Source: Lachnospiraceae bacterium (GTDB taxonomy: Bacteria; Bacillota; Clostridia; Lachnospirales; Lachnospiraceae). Taken from it: a stretch of DNA of 64,000 nt. The stretch is from NCBI GenBank assembly GCA_020860755.1, contig JAJBTQ010000027.1:7489-71488 (forward strand). The letters run 5' to 3'. The notes beneath the pieces were generated by a model. That model saw only the letters and a list, made by a program, of their open reading frames with translations. It was not told the origin of the DNA and did not search any database. Of this stretch, positions 32,383 to 42,825 are shown piece by piece. A program made the translations under genes and the position numbers. Each line of letters opens with the position of its first letter. Within the stretch, counting starts at the first letter, position 1.

Positions 32383-33066
32383 ATGACAGATAATTTGGAA
32401 CTTCAGGTGGATGCCTATCTGCCGCTTCGCGATGTGGTATTTCAGACATTGCGGGGAGCGATCTTAAGAGGTGATCTCCAGCCCGGAGAGCGCTTGATGG
32501 AACTGCAGCTGGCATCAAAACTGGGTGTATCCCGCACACCGATCCGGGAAGCCATTCGGATGCTGGAGCAGGAGGGTTTAGCCATTACGATCCCGCGCAA
32601 AGGCGCCGAAGTGGCGCGGATGACGGAGAAGGATGTGGACGATGTTCTTCAGATCCGCTGTGCGCTGGAAGAGCTGGCCGTAGAGCTTGCCTGTCGAAAT
32701 ATTACGAAGGAAGAAGTGGAAAAGCTTCGCATTGCGGCAGACCGATTCCGTGAGATCACGGTGACCAGCACGGATATCCCGGAGATCGCCGAGACAGATG
32801 AGAGCTTTCACGATGTGATCTACAACGCCTCGGAGAATCCGAAGCTTTTAAACATGCTCAATAACCTGCGGGAGCAGATGTACCGGTACCGGGTGGAATA
32901 TTTAAAAGATCCGTCTGTCTATCCCCGGCTGATCGATGAGCACGAATGCCTGTATGAGGCGATCAAAGCCAAGGATGACACGGAGGCATCGGCCATTACC
33001 CGTAAGCATTTGCAAAATCAGACGGAGGGGGTCAAGCAGATCATCCGGAGCCAGGAAGAAAAATAG
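32383..33066 (+). CDS. GntR family regulator (FCD domain)
   Basis: PGERL, LGVSRTPIREA wHTH; DESFH and EH in FCD. Confidence 0.93.
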   Translation: MTDNLELQVDAYLPLRDVVFQTLRGAILRGDLQPGERLMELQLASKLGVSRTPIREAIRMLEQEGLAITIPRKGAEVARMTEKDVDDVLQIRCALEELAVELACRNITKEEVEKLRIAADRFREITVTSTDIPEIAETDESFHDVIYNASENPKLLNMLNNLREQMYRYRVEYLKDPSVYPRLIDEHECLYEAIKAKDDTEASAITRKHLQNQTEGVKQIIRSQEEK

Positions 33067-33079
33067 AGGTTTTGTTTCT

Positions 33080-33910
33080 ATGGAAGACTTAAGATATGCT
33101 CCGATCGGAGTGTTTGATTCGGGCGTTGGAGGACTGACCGTGGCAAGAGAGATCGTGCGGCAGATCCCCGGGGAACGGATCCTTTATTTCGGAGATACGG
33201 CCCGCGTTCCTTATGGCAGCAAGTCTCAGGATACGATCATCCGTTTTTCCAGACAGATCGTACATTTTCTGCAGACAAAGGGGGTCAAGGCGGTCGTGGT
33301 GGCCTGCAACACAGCCAGTGCGCTCGCTCTTGAGACGATCGCGCCGGAGATGGACATTCCGGTCATCGGCGTGGTCATACCGGGAGCCAGAGTGGCGGCG
33401 GAATCCACTAAAAACGGAAAAGTCGGCGTAATTGCCACAAAGAGTACCATTGACAGCGGCCTGTATACCCGGGTGATCACCGAGATAGATCCGACTGTTT
33501 CGGTGTATGGCAAAGCGTGTCCGCTGTTTGTCCCGCTTGTGGAAGAGGGGTGGCTTTCGGATCCGGTGACGGTGGAGGTGGCCAGACGCTATCTGGAGCC
33601 GCTTTTGGAGACCGGCATCGATACGCTGGTCATGGGATGTACGCATTATCCTCTGCTTCGCGATACGCTGGCTCAGGTGCTGGGCGAGCAGGTGCTGCTC
33701 ATCAATCCGGCCTACGAGACGGCCCGTGAGTTAAAGCACCTTTTGGAGCATGAAGATCTCATAAACGATGGCGCCTGCATGCCGGATGACCCGGAAAACA
33801 TGCACAGCTTCTACGTCAGCGACGCGGCGGACAAGTTCCGTGAGTTCGCGAACTCCATTCTCCCGTTTTGGGTGGATCGGGCGAAGCTGATCGGCATCGA
33901 CGAATATTAA
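33080..33910 (+). CDS. murI: Glutamate racemase
   Basis: FDSGVGGLTV, VPYGSK, ACNTAS, GCTHYP. Confidence 0.97.
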   Translation: MEDLRYAPIGVFDSGVGGLTVAREIVRQIPGERILYFGDTARVPYGSKSQDTIIRFSRQIVHFLQTKGVKAVVVACNTASALALETIAPEMDIPVIGVVIPGARVAAESTKNGKVGVIATKSTIDSGLYTRVITEIDPTVSVYGKACPLFVPLVEEGWLSDPVTVEVARRYLEPLLETGIDTLVMGCTHYPLLRDTLAQVLGEQVLLINPAYETARELKHLLEHEDLINDGACMPDDPENMHSFYVSDAADKFREFANSILPFWVDRAKLIGIDEY

Positions 33911-33912
33911 AC

Positions 33913-33972
33913 AAAAAAAGCTGATCACCCGGCGAAAATGATTCGCTTAAAATGATCAGCTTTTTCTTTTTT
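33913..33972. terminator. Bidirectional terminator between convergent genes
   Basis: AAAAAAAGCTGATCA...TGATCAGCTTTTTT. Confidence 0.7.
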
Positions 33973-33973
33973 C

Positions 33974-34426
33974 TTAACGTCCAAACATGCGGGCCATAAA
34001 GCCTTTCTTTTTCTGCGGCTTATCCAGAGTGGTTCGCAGCCCCCGGACATCTGTGATGTAGATGCCGGCTACGGTCGCTTTGACCTCCTTTTTGATGGGG
34101 ATAAGGTCGAAGATATCATTGTCCGCGATCATGTTCATCACACGCGGCCCCACCTTTACTTTCACGATAGGCACTTTAGACCGCTTGGCGTACCACGGGG
34201 TCTCATCCTTGATCTCCTGTGGAATGTCGGCATCTTTTAAACGCATCTTTTTCTTGTCAATGATCAGCATCGTATATAGCTGTGCCGCTTCATCCACGAT
34301 AGCCTGCTGTTCGTCGCGCTTCTTATCCTGCTTTTTGGAAAAGCGCCACAGCCAAATGATCACAACGATCATAGCGGCGATTATAACGATTAAAATGATG
34401 TATCTGGGTTGTGTAAGAAAAGCCAC
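33974..34426 (-). CDS. Single-TM basic hypothetical protein
   Basis: GTG start at 34426 after GGAGG RBS; one TM helix then basic beta-rich domain. Confidence 0.75.
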   Translation of the reverse strand: MAFLTQPRYIILIVIIAAMIVVIIWLWRFSKKQDKKRDEQQAIVDEAAQLYTMLIIDKKKMRLKDADIPQEIKDETPWYAKRSKVPIVKVKVGPRVMNMIADNDIFDLIPIKKEVKATVAGIYITDVRGLRTTLDKPQKKKGFMARMFGR

Positions 34427-34628
34427 GTTTCTGCCTCCCATTTCCTCCGGCAGAGACCTGCCGATTTTGGTCGGATTCATTTTATCATCTATCCTGTGAA
34501 ATTACAAGTTAAAGCTGATAAGAAAGATGGATTCACATTCTTTTCACACTCTTTTGCTTTCTTTTTCGCGTGAAATATGTTATCTTAGAAAACGGTGAAA
34601 TATTTCGAAACAAGAAAGGACATCAGAC

Positions 34629-35918
34629 ATGAAAAAGAAAATAGCAGCCCTTATGGTCGGTGCTCTGGCAGCGACAACTATATTGGCCGGATGCGCTTCC
34701 GAAGACGTTACGGAGGAGGTGTCGGTATCTGCGGAAAGTGAAGACGAGGTGATCACGGCCGAGGAGATGCTCTCCTCAACAGACTATGACATCACCGAAT
34801 ATGTCACACTGCCGGACGACTATATGAACCTGACGGTCGAACTGACCTCCAACTATGAGGTGACTCAGGAGGAGATCGAGGACTATGTGAACGATTACAT
34901 TGTTTCATACTATCCCCTGTATGTTCAGACAGACAAGACGACGGTAGAGGATGGCGATATCGTAGATATCGACTATGTCGGCACACTCGACGGAGAAGAG
35001 TTTGACGGCGGAAGCGGGGAGGACTACAAACTGACCATCGGCTCGGGCACTTTTATAGATGGGTTTGAGGACGGACTGATCGGACAGGAGGTCGGAACGA
35101 CCGTGGATCTGGATCTGACTTTCCCCGATGACTACAGCAGTGAGGATCTGGCCGGCCAGGATGTGGTATTTACTGTGACGATCAATGGCATCATGGATGA
35201 GACGATGATCGATTACGACGATCTCACCGACGAATATGTGGAAGAGAACTTCGGTACATACGGAATGACTACCGTGGACGATCTGCTTGCAGACGTTCAG
35301 GACACGCTGGAGAGCTCCAATGAGAGCGAAGAACAGACAGAGATCCAGCAGAATGTCCTTGATCAGCTGATGGCCGGAAGCACCATCACCTATCCGGAGA
35401 GTCTGCAGGAAGAACGACAGGAAAGTGTGGACGAATATCTTGAGGAGATCAAGGAAGCCGCCGAGGAAAACGACATGACCTATGATGATTATGTCGCCGC
35501 CTATTCGGGATACCCCGATGTGGAGTCGTTTGAGGAGTACATCCAGACCACTTCGGAGGAGAGCTTGGATGAGGAGCTGATCCTTGAGGCGGTCGTGGCG
35601 GATCAGGATATCTCTATTACAAGGAGTGAATTTGAGTCGTTTGTCGACACGTTTATCGCATACTATGGCTTTGAGGACGCGGAATCATTCTATGATTACT
35701 ATGGCGGTGAACTCTATACTATGCTCAGCTACGCGGAGAACCGCGCGCTAACCGATGTGATCGACGCGGCGACGATCGTCATGCCGGAGGGCACGACCGA
35801 GAGCGGCGAAGAGGTTGAAGAGCAGGTTGAGGAGGCCGAGGAGAAAGAGGCTGAGGACATAGAATCCGAAGAGGAAACAGCTGAGGAGAATGCGCAGGCC
35901 GCGGAGGAAGCGGAGTAG
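34629..35918 (+). CDS. Lipoprotein with FKBP PPIase and trigger-factor-like C-domain
   Basis: Lipobox ILAG-C; GDIVDIDYVG..DGEEFDGG, IGSGTFIDGFEDGLIG, LTFPDDY, LAGQDVVFTV; no GFRxGxxP ribosome-binding motif. Confidence 0.85.
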   Translation: MKKKIAALMVGALAATTILAGCASEDVTEEVSVSAESEDEVITAEEMLSSTDYDITEYVTLPDDYMNLTVELTSNYEVTQEEIEDYVNDYIVSYYPLYVQTDKTTVEDGDIVDIDYVGTLDGEEFDGGSGEDYKLTIGSGTFIDGFEDGLIGQEVGTTVDLDLTFPDDYSSEDLAGQDVVFTVTINGIMDETMIDYDDLTDEYVEENFGTYGMTTVDDLLADVQDTLESSNESEEQTEIQQNVLDQLMAGSTITYPESLQEERQESVDEYLEEIKEAAEENDMTYDDYVAAYSGYPDVESFEEYIQTTSEESLDEELILEAVVADQDISITRSEFESFVDTFIAYYGFEDAESFYDYYGGELYTMLSYAENRALTDVIDAATIVMPEGTTESGEEVEEQVEEAEEKEAEDIESEEETAEENAQAAEEAE

Positions 35919-35929
35919 AGTAAAAAGCC

Positions 35930-37324
35930 ATGATGCAGTTGGTAGATATCCGGGAACTCTATCGGGACAGTGAGACCTATCTGAACAGGGAAGTGTCGGT
36001 CGGAGGCTGGGTCAGAAGCATCCGCAACTCCAAGACCGTCGGCTTTCTGATGCTGAATGACGGCACATTTTTTGAGACGCTGCAGGCAGTGTTTTCGGAA
36101 GAGCTTTCCAACTACGATGCCGTCTCCCACCTGAATGTGGGCGCGGCAGTCATCGTGACCGGGACTCTCGTTCCCACTCCCGGAGCGCCGCAGCCGTTCG
36201 AGATTCAATGCAGCGAGGTGTGCATCGAGGGTGCGAGCGCGCCGGACTATCCATTGCAGAAAAAGAGACATTCCTTTGAGTATTTGAGGACGATCTCCCA
36301 TCTGAGGCCAAGGACGAACACGTTTGAGGCGGTGTTTCGGGTACGTTCCCTTCTGGCTTATGCCATCCATCGTTTTTTTCAGGAGAGGGGTTTTGTCTAT
36401 GTGCACACGCCCCTGATCACGGGGAGCGACGCCGAGGGCGCCGGCGAGATGTTCCGGGTGACGACTTTAGACCCCGCGGATCCGCCGATGACTCCGGAGG
36501 GGCATGTGGACTTTTCGCAGGATTTCTTTGGAAAGCAGACGAATCTGACAGTCAGCGGTCAGCTAAACGGGGAAGCCTATGCGCTGGCCTTTAAAAACAT
36601 CTATACATTCGGTCCCACTTTTAGGGCTGAGGACTCCAACACGCCGCGCCATGCGGCGGAGTTTTGGATGGTGGAGCCCGAAATGGCGTTTGCCGATCTC
36701 GAGGACGACATGGCGCTCGCAGAGAGTATGTTAAAGTATGTGATCCGGTATGTGCTGGAGCAGGCGCCGGAGGAGATGGAGTTTTTTAACCGCTATGTGG
36801 ATGAGGGACTTCTCGCACGCCTTACCCACGTGATTGATTCGGATTTTGGCCGCGTGACCTACACGGAGGCAGTGGATGTCCTTGCCAAGCACAACGATCA
36901 GTTTGAGTATAAGGTCTCCTGGGGCGTTGACCTTCAGACGGAACACGAGCGTTTTTTGACGGAGCAGGTTTACGGGCGGCCCGTGTTCGTGACGGATTAC
37001 CCGAAGGAGATCAAGGCTTTTTACATGAAGCAAAATGATGACGGGCGGACTGTGGCGGCGATGGATTGTCTCGTACCCGGCATCGGTGAGATCATCGGCG
37101 GAAGCCAGAGGGAAGAGGACAGCGAAAAGCTGACTGCCCGGATGCGGGAAGGAGGACTGAAGGAAGAAGACTATCAGTTCTATCTGGATCTGCGAAAGTA
37201 CGGATCCGTGCGGCATGCCGGCTTTGGTCTCGGATTTGAACGGTGTGTGATGTATATAACGGGGATGAAAAACATCCGCGATGTGATCCCGTTTCCGCGG
37301 ACGTCAAACAACTGTGAACTCTGA
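35930..37324 (+). CDS. asnS: Asparagine--tRNA ligase
   Basis: [48 protein letters not shown]. Confidence 0.97.
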   Translation: MMQLVDIRELYRDSETYLNREVSVGGWVRSIRNSKTVGFLMLNDGTFFETLQAVFSEELSNYDAVSHLNVGAAVIVTGTLVPTPGAPQPFEIQCSEVCIEGASAPDYPLQKKRHSFEYLRTISHLRPRTNTFEAVFRVRSLLAYAIHRFFQERGFVYVHTPLITGSDAEGAGEMFRVTTLDPADPPMTPEGHVDFSQDFFGKQTNLTVSGQLNGEAYALAFKNIYTFGPTFRAEDSNTPRHAAEFWMVEPEMAFADLEDDMALAESMLKYVIRYVLEQAPEEMEFFNRYVDEGLLARLTHVIDSDFGRVTYTEAVDVLAKHNDQFEYKVSWGVDLQTEHERFLTEQVYGRPVFVTDYPKEIKAFYMKQNDDGRTVAAMDCLVPGIGEIIGGSQREEDSEKLTARMREGGLKEEDYQFYLDLRKYGSVRHAGFGLGFERCVMYITGMKNIRDVIPFPRTSNNCEL

Positions 37325-37533
37325 TTCGGGGAGGCTGAATAAGACAAGCAACTTAGTTAAGATTTGGGGGCTGCGGGCAATTCCCGCGGCCGTTTGCGTT
37401 GTGGATGGACCAAAATTGTCCCATCAAACTTTATAATAATATAATATAGAATAATATAGAAATAAAAGATAATTTACAGAAAAGAAAGATTTGTGTTGTA
37501 GGATAGAGCAGACATCACAGGGGAGACACAGCT

Positions 37534-39279
37534 TTGACGGAAAATTGGGTCATTGCCGCAAAGAAGGCAGATTTTAATGAAATAGCCGAACACTTCGGGA
37601 TCGATCCGGTGGTCGCGCGGATCATGGTGAACCGCGGGATGACGGATCTTTCCGAGATGGAGACCTACCTGCACGGATCCGAGGAGGATTTAAACGACCC
37701 CCACCGTTTAAAAGGGGTGGAGGACGCCGCACGGATCCTCGGGGAAAAGATCCGGCAGGGCAGAAAAATCCGGATCATCGGCGATTATGACATCGACGGC
37801 ATCATGGCGACATACATTCTGCTCAAGGCTCTGCAGCGCGTGGGGGCGAAGGCGGACACGGTGATCCCGGACAGGATCCGGGACGGCTACGGCTTAAATG
37901 AACACCTTGTGACACAGGCTGCAGAGGACGGCATTGACACGATCCTGACCTGTGACAACGGTATCTCTGCCGTGAGCCAGATCCGGCTCGCGAAGGAACT
38001 GGGCATGACGGTGATCGTGACGGACCACCACGAAGTGCCGTCCGGGCCGCTTCCACCCGCGGATGTCATCGTTAACCCGAAGCAGCCGGACTGCCCCTAT
38101 CCCTTTAAAGGACTCTGCGGCGCAGCAGTGGCGCTTAAACTGGCGCAGGTGATCTACGAACAGGAGAACGTCCCGCCCTCGGAGGCTGACGATTTTTTGG
38201 CGTATGCCGGATTTGCGACGGTGGGCGATGTGATGGATCTGATCGGAGAAAACCGCGTACTGGTAAAGCTTGCACTTGCGCGTCTTCACCGGACGTCAAA
38301 CAAGGGCCTGCGCGCGCTGACCCTGCAAAAAAATTTAAAGCCGGAGGAGATCACGTGTTACCATATCGGTTTTGTACTGGGACCCTGTCTTAATGCGAGC
38401 GGGCGCTTGGAGACAGCACAGCTTTCACTTAAGCTTCTCCTCTGTGAAGACCCGGTGCAGGCCGCAGTGCTTGCGCAGGAGGTGGTGGAATTAAATGAGA
38501 GTCGCAAGCAGATGACTGAGCTCGCGGTGCGCGAGGCCGTACAGATCATCGAGCGGGAGGGGTATGACCGGGATCGGGTGATGGTTCTGTTTTTGCCCGA
38601 CTGCCATGAGAGCCTGGCCGGCATCGTAGCCGGGAGACTCCGGGAGGCCTACTACCGTCCTGTCTTTGTGGTGACCCGCGGGGAGGACGGGTGCAAGGGC
38701 TCAGCCCGCTCCATAGCGGCGTACTCCATGTACGAGGAAATGTGCCGGGTAAGCGACCTGTTCACCCAGTTTGGCGGACATCCGATGGCGGCCGGATTTT
38801 CCTTAAAGGAGGAGGACATCGATCACCTGCGGATGAGGCTTAATGAGCTTGCCGCGCTGACAGAGGATGACCTTCAGCCCAAGGTGGTTATCGATGTCCC
38901 CATGCCGATCAGCTACATACGGCCTGACCTGATCCGACAGCTGGGACTTTTGGAGCCCTTTGGAAAGGGCAACGAAAAGCCGGTGTTCGCAGACCGTGAC
39001 CTGGAGATCCTCTCCCTGCGCGTTCTGGGAAAAGAAGGGCGCGTCATCCGCATGCGCTTAAAAAGCCCGGCCGGAACCACGCTTGACGCCGTTTATTTTG
39101 GCGATGTTGAAAATTTGAGGTTATCATTGGAACAAAAGTATGATATATTAACTGCAGATGACACGGTTCGTGGCAAGTGTACACACCACGCGGCCCTGCA
39201 CTTTACCTACTACCCGGAGATCGACAACTACTACGACGAGCCCAGGATCCAGCTTAAGATCACGGGTTTCCGGGGATAG
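37534..39279 (+). CDS. recJ: ssDNA-specific exonuclease RecJ
   Basis: GDYDIDG, GYG, TCDNG, TDHH, NASGRL, GSARS, GGHPMAAG, EPFGKGN. Confidence 0.95.
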   Translation: MTENWVIAAKKADFNEIAEHFGIDPVVARIMVNRGMTDLSEMETYLHGSEEDLNDPHRLKGVEDAARILGEKIRQGRKIRIIGDYDIDGIMATYILLKALQRVGAKADTVIPDRIRDGYGLNEHLVTQAAEDGIDTILTCDNGISAVSQIRLAKELGMTVIVTDHHEVPSGPLPPADVIVNPKQPDCPYPFKGLCGAAVALKLAQVIYEQENVPPSEADDFLAYAGFATVGDVMDLIGENRVLVKLALARLHRTSNKGLRALTLQKNLKPEEITCYHIGFVLGPCLNASGRLETAQLSLKLLLCEDPVQAAVLAQEVVELNESRKQMTELAVREAVQIIEREGYDRDRVMVLFLPDCHESLAGIVAGRLREAYYRPVFVVTRGEDGCKGSARSIAAYSMYEEMCRVSDLFTQFGGHPMAAGFSLKEEDIDHLRMRLNELAALTEDDLQPKVVIDVPMPISYIRPDLIRQLGLLEPFGKGNEKPVFADRDLEILSLRVLGKEGRVIRMRLKSPAGTTLDAVYFGDVENLRLSLEQKYDILTADDTVRGKCTHHAALHFTYYPEIDNYYDEPRIQLKITGFRG

Positions 39280-39312
39280 GCAAAAGACCACACACAGTAA
39301 GGAGACTTCAAC

Positions 39313-40257
39313 ATGAAAAAATTGAGTAAGAAAGTAATTGCACTAGTACTGGCAGCAACGATGGTCGCGGGATTTTCCTTCACCGCATTTGCGTCGGAAT
39401 CCGAAGATGTGGTGATCTCGGAGAGTGACAAGCCCTACATTTCTCTCGGAGCGGACCTTACCGCAGACCAGAGAGACACCGTGCTCTCCCTGTTTGGACT
39501 GACAGAGGCCGATCTGGCGGACTATGACGTTGTTACCGTCACGAATGCGCAGGAGCATGAATATCTCGATGCCTACATTCCCTCAAGCACGATCGGAACG
39601 AAGGCACTCTCGTCCGTCGTGGTATGGGAAGCTTCCAAGGGTGACGGCATCAACGTCACCACGAAGAACATCAGCTACTGCACCTCGGGCATGTACTCGA
39701 ACGCTCTGGCGACTGCCGGGGTGACAGACGCGAATGTGATCGTGGCCGGGCCTACGGAGATCTCCGGCACGGCGGCGCTCATCGGAGCCATCGAGGCTTA
39801 CTCTGTCATGACCGATGAGACCATATCCACTGATATCATTGACGGTGCGATCAACGAGATCGTCACGACCGGAGAACTCGAGGAATCCACCGGCAACACC
39901 GATGAGGTGGAAGGCATCATCGCATACTTAAAGGATGAATTGGAAGACATCCCGAATATGTCCGATGAGGAGTTAAACGAGGAGATCGAGGATGTGGCGG
40001 ACGACTTTGATGTGTCCTTAACTGAGGACGAGATCGCGCAGATCCGTGAGCTTTTGCGGAAACTGCAGGATTTGGATCTCGACTGGGACAGCATCTCACA
40101 GCAGGCCAACGATCTCTTTGACAGGCTGGAGTCATCCGGCTTTGACTTAAGCAGTCTCGGCCTCGGAGATATTGATACGGGATCTCTCATTCAGCAGGTG
40201 AGGGAAGTCTTTAACAGATTTGTCGACTTTTTTCGGAACTTAGGCAACAGAAACTAG
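39313..40257 (+). CDS. Secreted DUF1002 family protein
   Basis: Signal peptide (AFA); LGADLT, VTNAQE, ALSS, YSNALATAGV, SGTAAL. Confidence 0.8.
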   Translation: MKKLSKKVIALVLAATMVAGFSFTAFASESEDVVISESDKPYISLGADLTADQRDTVLSLFGLTEADLADYDVVTVTNAQEHEYLDAYIPSSTIGTKALSSVVVWEASKGDGINVTTKNISYCTSGMYSNALATAGVTDANVIVAGPTEISGTAALIGAIEAYSVMTDETISTDIIDGAINEIVTTGELEESTGNTDEVEGIIAYLKDELEDIPNMSDEELNEEIEDVADDFDVSLTEDEIAQIRELLRKLQDLDLDWDSISQQANDLFDRLESSGFDLSSLGLGDIDTGSLIQQVREVFNRFVDFFRNLGNRN

Positions 40258-40263
40258 AGGTGA

Positions 40264-42258
40264 GTGAGCGTGAAGAACGGATTTATCAAGGCAGCCGCCC
40301 TGACACCGAAAGTGCGGGTGGCGGACACGACATACAACCGGGAACGGATCTGCGAGCTTATCGATATGGGAGTGCATGCCGGCGCGCAGATCATGGTCTT
40401 CCCTGAGCTTTGCATTACCGGGTATACCTGCGGGGATCTGTTTGCGCAGGAGCTTTTGCTTGCCGAGGCGCGCACGGAGCTTGTGCGGCTGGCGGAGTAC
40501 ACGGAGAAGATAGACGGAGTTGTTTTTGTCGGGCTGCCGTTTGAATATAATTCCAAGCTTTACAACGTGGCCGCGGCGCTCTCCGGGGGAAGTATCCTCG
40601 GGCTGGTGCCGAAGACACATATTCCAAACTATAATGAATTTTATGAGAGAAGATATTTCGAGGAGGGGTTTGCCGACCCCGTCCCGGTGACCGTTGATGA
40701 CGACCACATCGTCCCCATGGGGGCGAATCTTCTCTTCAGCTGCCGGCAGATGCCGGACCTGCTGATCGGCGCCGAGATCTGTGAAGATCTGTGGGCACCG
40801 GATCCGCCGAGTATCCGGCACGCCATGGCGGGGGCGACCGTGATCGTCAATCTTTCCGCCAGCGACGAGACGACGGGCAAAGATATCTACCGCAGAGACT
40901 TAGTGGCCGGGCAGTCCGCCCGCCTGATCTGCGGCTATGTCTATGCCAGCGCCGGAGACGGAGAGTCCACGCAGGACGTGGTCTACTCCGGACATAACCT
41001 GATCGCGGAAAACGGCATTGTGCTGGAGGAGTCCGAGCGGTTTGTTAATGAGAGCATCCTCTCTGAGATCGATGTCCAGCGCCTCTGTGAGGAGCGTAGA
41101 CGGATGTCCACCTACAGAGAGGTCCGGCAGCGGTATATAACAGAGGAGTTTCACCTGGAGGAAAAAGTGACAGAGCTGACGCGGTTCGTGGACCCCGCGC
41201 CCTTCGTTCCGGGCAGACAGGAGGACCGCGAAAAGCGCTGCGAGGAGATCTTTATGATCCAGGCTATGGGCTTAAAGAAACGTCTGGAGCACACGAATGC
41301 CGCTACGGCCATCGTCGGCATCTCCGGAGGCCTGGATTCCACACTGGCCCTGCTGGTCACGGCGAAGTCCTTTGATCTGTTGGGGAAAGACCGGAGCGGG
41401 ATCATTGCGGTGACGATGCCCGGATTCGGCACGACTGATCGAACTCACCAAAACGCTGTTACATTAATAGAGTCTATCGGAGCGACCCTGACAGAGGTCC
41501 CGATCTCCGAGGCGGTACAGATCCATTTCCGGGATATCGGTCAGGACGAGAGTGTTCACGACGTGACTTACGAAAACTGTCAGGCAAGGGAGCGGACACA
41601 GATCCTTATGGACATCGCGAACCGGACCGGAGGTCTTGTCATTGGTACCGGCGACATGTCGGAGCTGGCGCTCGGATGGGCGACCTATAATGGCGACCAC
41701 ATGTCCATGTACGGGGTCAATGTCTCCGTACCGAAGACGCTGGTCCGCCATCTCGTGCGTTATCGCGCAGACACCTGCGGAGAAGAGCGCCTGGCAAGCG
41801 TGCTGCTCGATGTGCTTGAGACTCCGGTAAGCCCTGAGCTCCTTCCTCCTGAAGACGGTCTCATCTCGCAGAAGACTGAGGATATCGTGGGTCCGTATGA
41901 GCTCCACGACTTTTTCCTCTACTATGTGCTCCGTTTCGGCTGCACACCGCGCAAGATTTACCGGCTCGCGGTCTACTCCTTCAACGGGATCTACGATCCG
42001 GAGACGATCGAGAAGTGGCTTACGACATTCTACCAGAGATTTTTCAGCCAGCAGTTTAAGCGCTCCTGCCTGCCGGACGGTCCGAAAGTCGGTACTGTGG
42101 CCGTATCCCCGAGGGGAGACCTTCGGATGCCCTCTGATGCCTGTGTGCGCATCTGGATGGACGACCTTGAGAGGCTTCACGCGGAGACGGAGGAGAAGCT
42201 GGACAAAATGAAGCAGTTTGACAGAGATCTTGATCAGATCTTAAAGGATCTCATGTAA
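40264..42258 (+). CDS. nadE: Glutamine-dependent NAD+ synthetase
   Basis: Nitrilase domain (FPEL, PK, EICEDLW) fused to synthetase domain (GISGGLDS, ENCQARER, GTGDMSE). Confidence 0.96.
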   Translation: MSVKNGFIKAAALTPKVRVADTTYNRERICELIDMGVHAGAQIMVFPELCITGYTCGDLFAQELLLAEARTELVRLAEYTEKIDGVVFVGLPFEYNSKLYNVAAALSGGSILGLVPKTHIPNYNEFYERRYFEEGFADPVPVTVDDDHIVPMGANLLFSCRQMPDLLIGAEICEDLWAPDPPSIRHAMAGATVIVNLSASDETTGKDIYRRDLVAGQSARLICGYVYASAGDGESTQDVVYSGHNLIAENGIVLEESERFVNESILSEIDVQRLCEERRRMSTYREVRQRYITEEFHLEEKVTELTRFVDPAPFVPGRQEDREKRCEEIFMIQAMGLKKRLEHTNAATAIVGISGGLDSTLALLVTAKSFDLLGKDRSGIIAVTMPGFGTTDRTHQNAVTLIESIGATLTEVPISEAVQIHFRDIGQDESVHDVTYENCQARERTQILMDIANRTGGLVIGTGDMSELALGWATYNGDHMSMYGVNVSVPKTLVRHLVRYRADTCGEERLASVLLDVLETPVSPELLPPEDGLISQKTEDIVGPYELHDFFLYYVLRFGCTPRKIYRLAVYSFNGIYDPETIEKWLTTFYQRFFSQQFKRSCLPDGPKVGTVAVSPRGDLRMPSDACVRIWMDDLERLHAETEEKLDKMKQFDRDLDQILKDLM

Positions 42259-42274
42259 AAGCGGGGTGTTGGCG

Positions 42275-42766
42275 ATGCCGTACCGAAAGGCAGAAAAACA
42301 CGAGGTGAAGCGGTTCCGCCTGACCACGCTTTGTTATATCGAAAAAGACGGCGCCTGGCTTATGCTGCATCGGACCAAGAAACAGGCCGATCAAAGCCAT
42401 GACAAGTGGCTGGGGATCGGCGGCAAGTTCGAGGACGCGGAGAGCCCGGAAGAATGTATGCTGCGGGAAGTCTATGAGGAGACGGGGCTTACGGTCACGG
42501 ACTATGACTACCGCGGCATTGTCACGTTTGTCTCCGATGTCTGGGAGACCGAATACATGCACCTGTTCACGGCCACCGGGTTTACCGGTAAGCTTTTGGA
42601 CTGCGAGGAGGGCGAGCTCGCCTGGATCCCAAAGGAGGAAGTCTTGGGCTTAAAGCTCTGGGAGGGTGACAAGCTGTTCCTCGAGCGCTTAATGGGCGAC
42701 TCGGAGTTCTTCTCGCTAAAGGTTGTGTATGAGGGGGAGAAGCTGGCAAGCTGGAAGTTTTTTTAA
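42275..42766 (+). CDS. NUDIX hydrolase (MutX/8-oxo-dGTPase-like)
   Basis: GGKFEDAESPEECMLREVYEETG Nudix box; CEEGEL, LWEGD. Confidence 0.9.
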   Translation: MPYRKAEKHEVKRFRLTTLCYIEKDGAWLMLHRTKKQADQSHDKWLGIGGKFEDAESPEECMLREVYEETGLTVTDYDYRGIVTFVSDVWETEYMHLFTATGFTGKLLDCEEGELAWIPKEEVLGLKLWEGDKLFLERLMGDSEFFSLKVVYEGEKLASWKFF

Positions 42767-42825
42767 ATGATACAAAGGGATGATAAGTTTCAAATCAGAT
42801 GCTTGCATCTTAAGGGGAGTCAGTT

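Noticed and set aside
37430-37490. AT-rich AATAATATAGA-like repeats upstream of recJ as an origin or operator
   Set aside because: Low complexity, no DnaA boxes or rep gene; most likely promoter DNA
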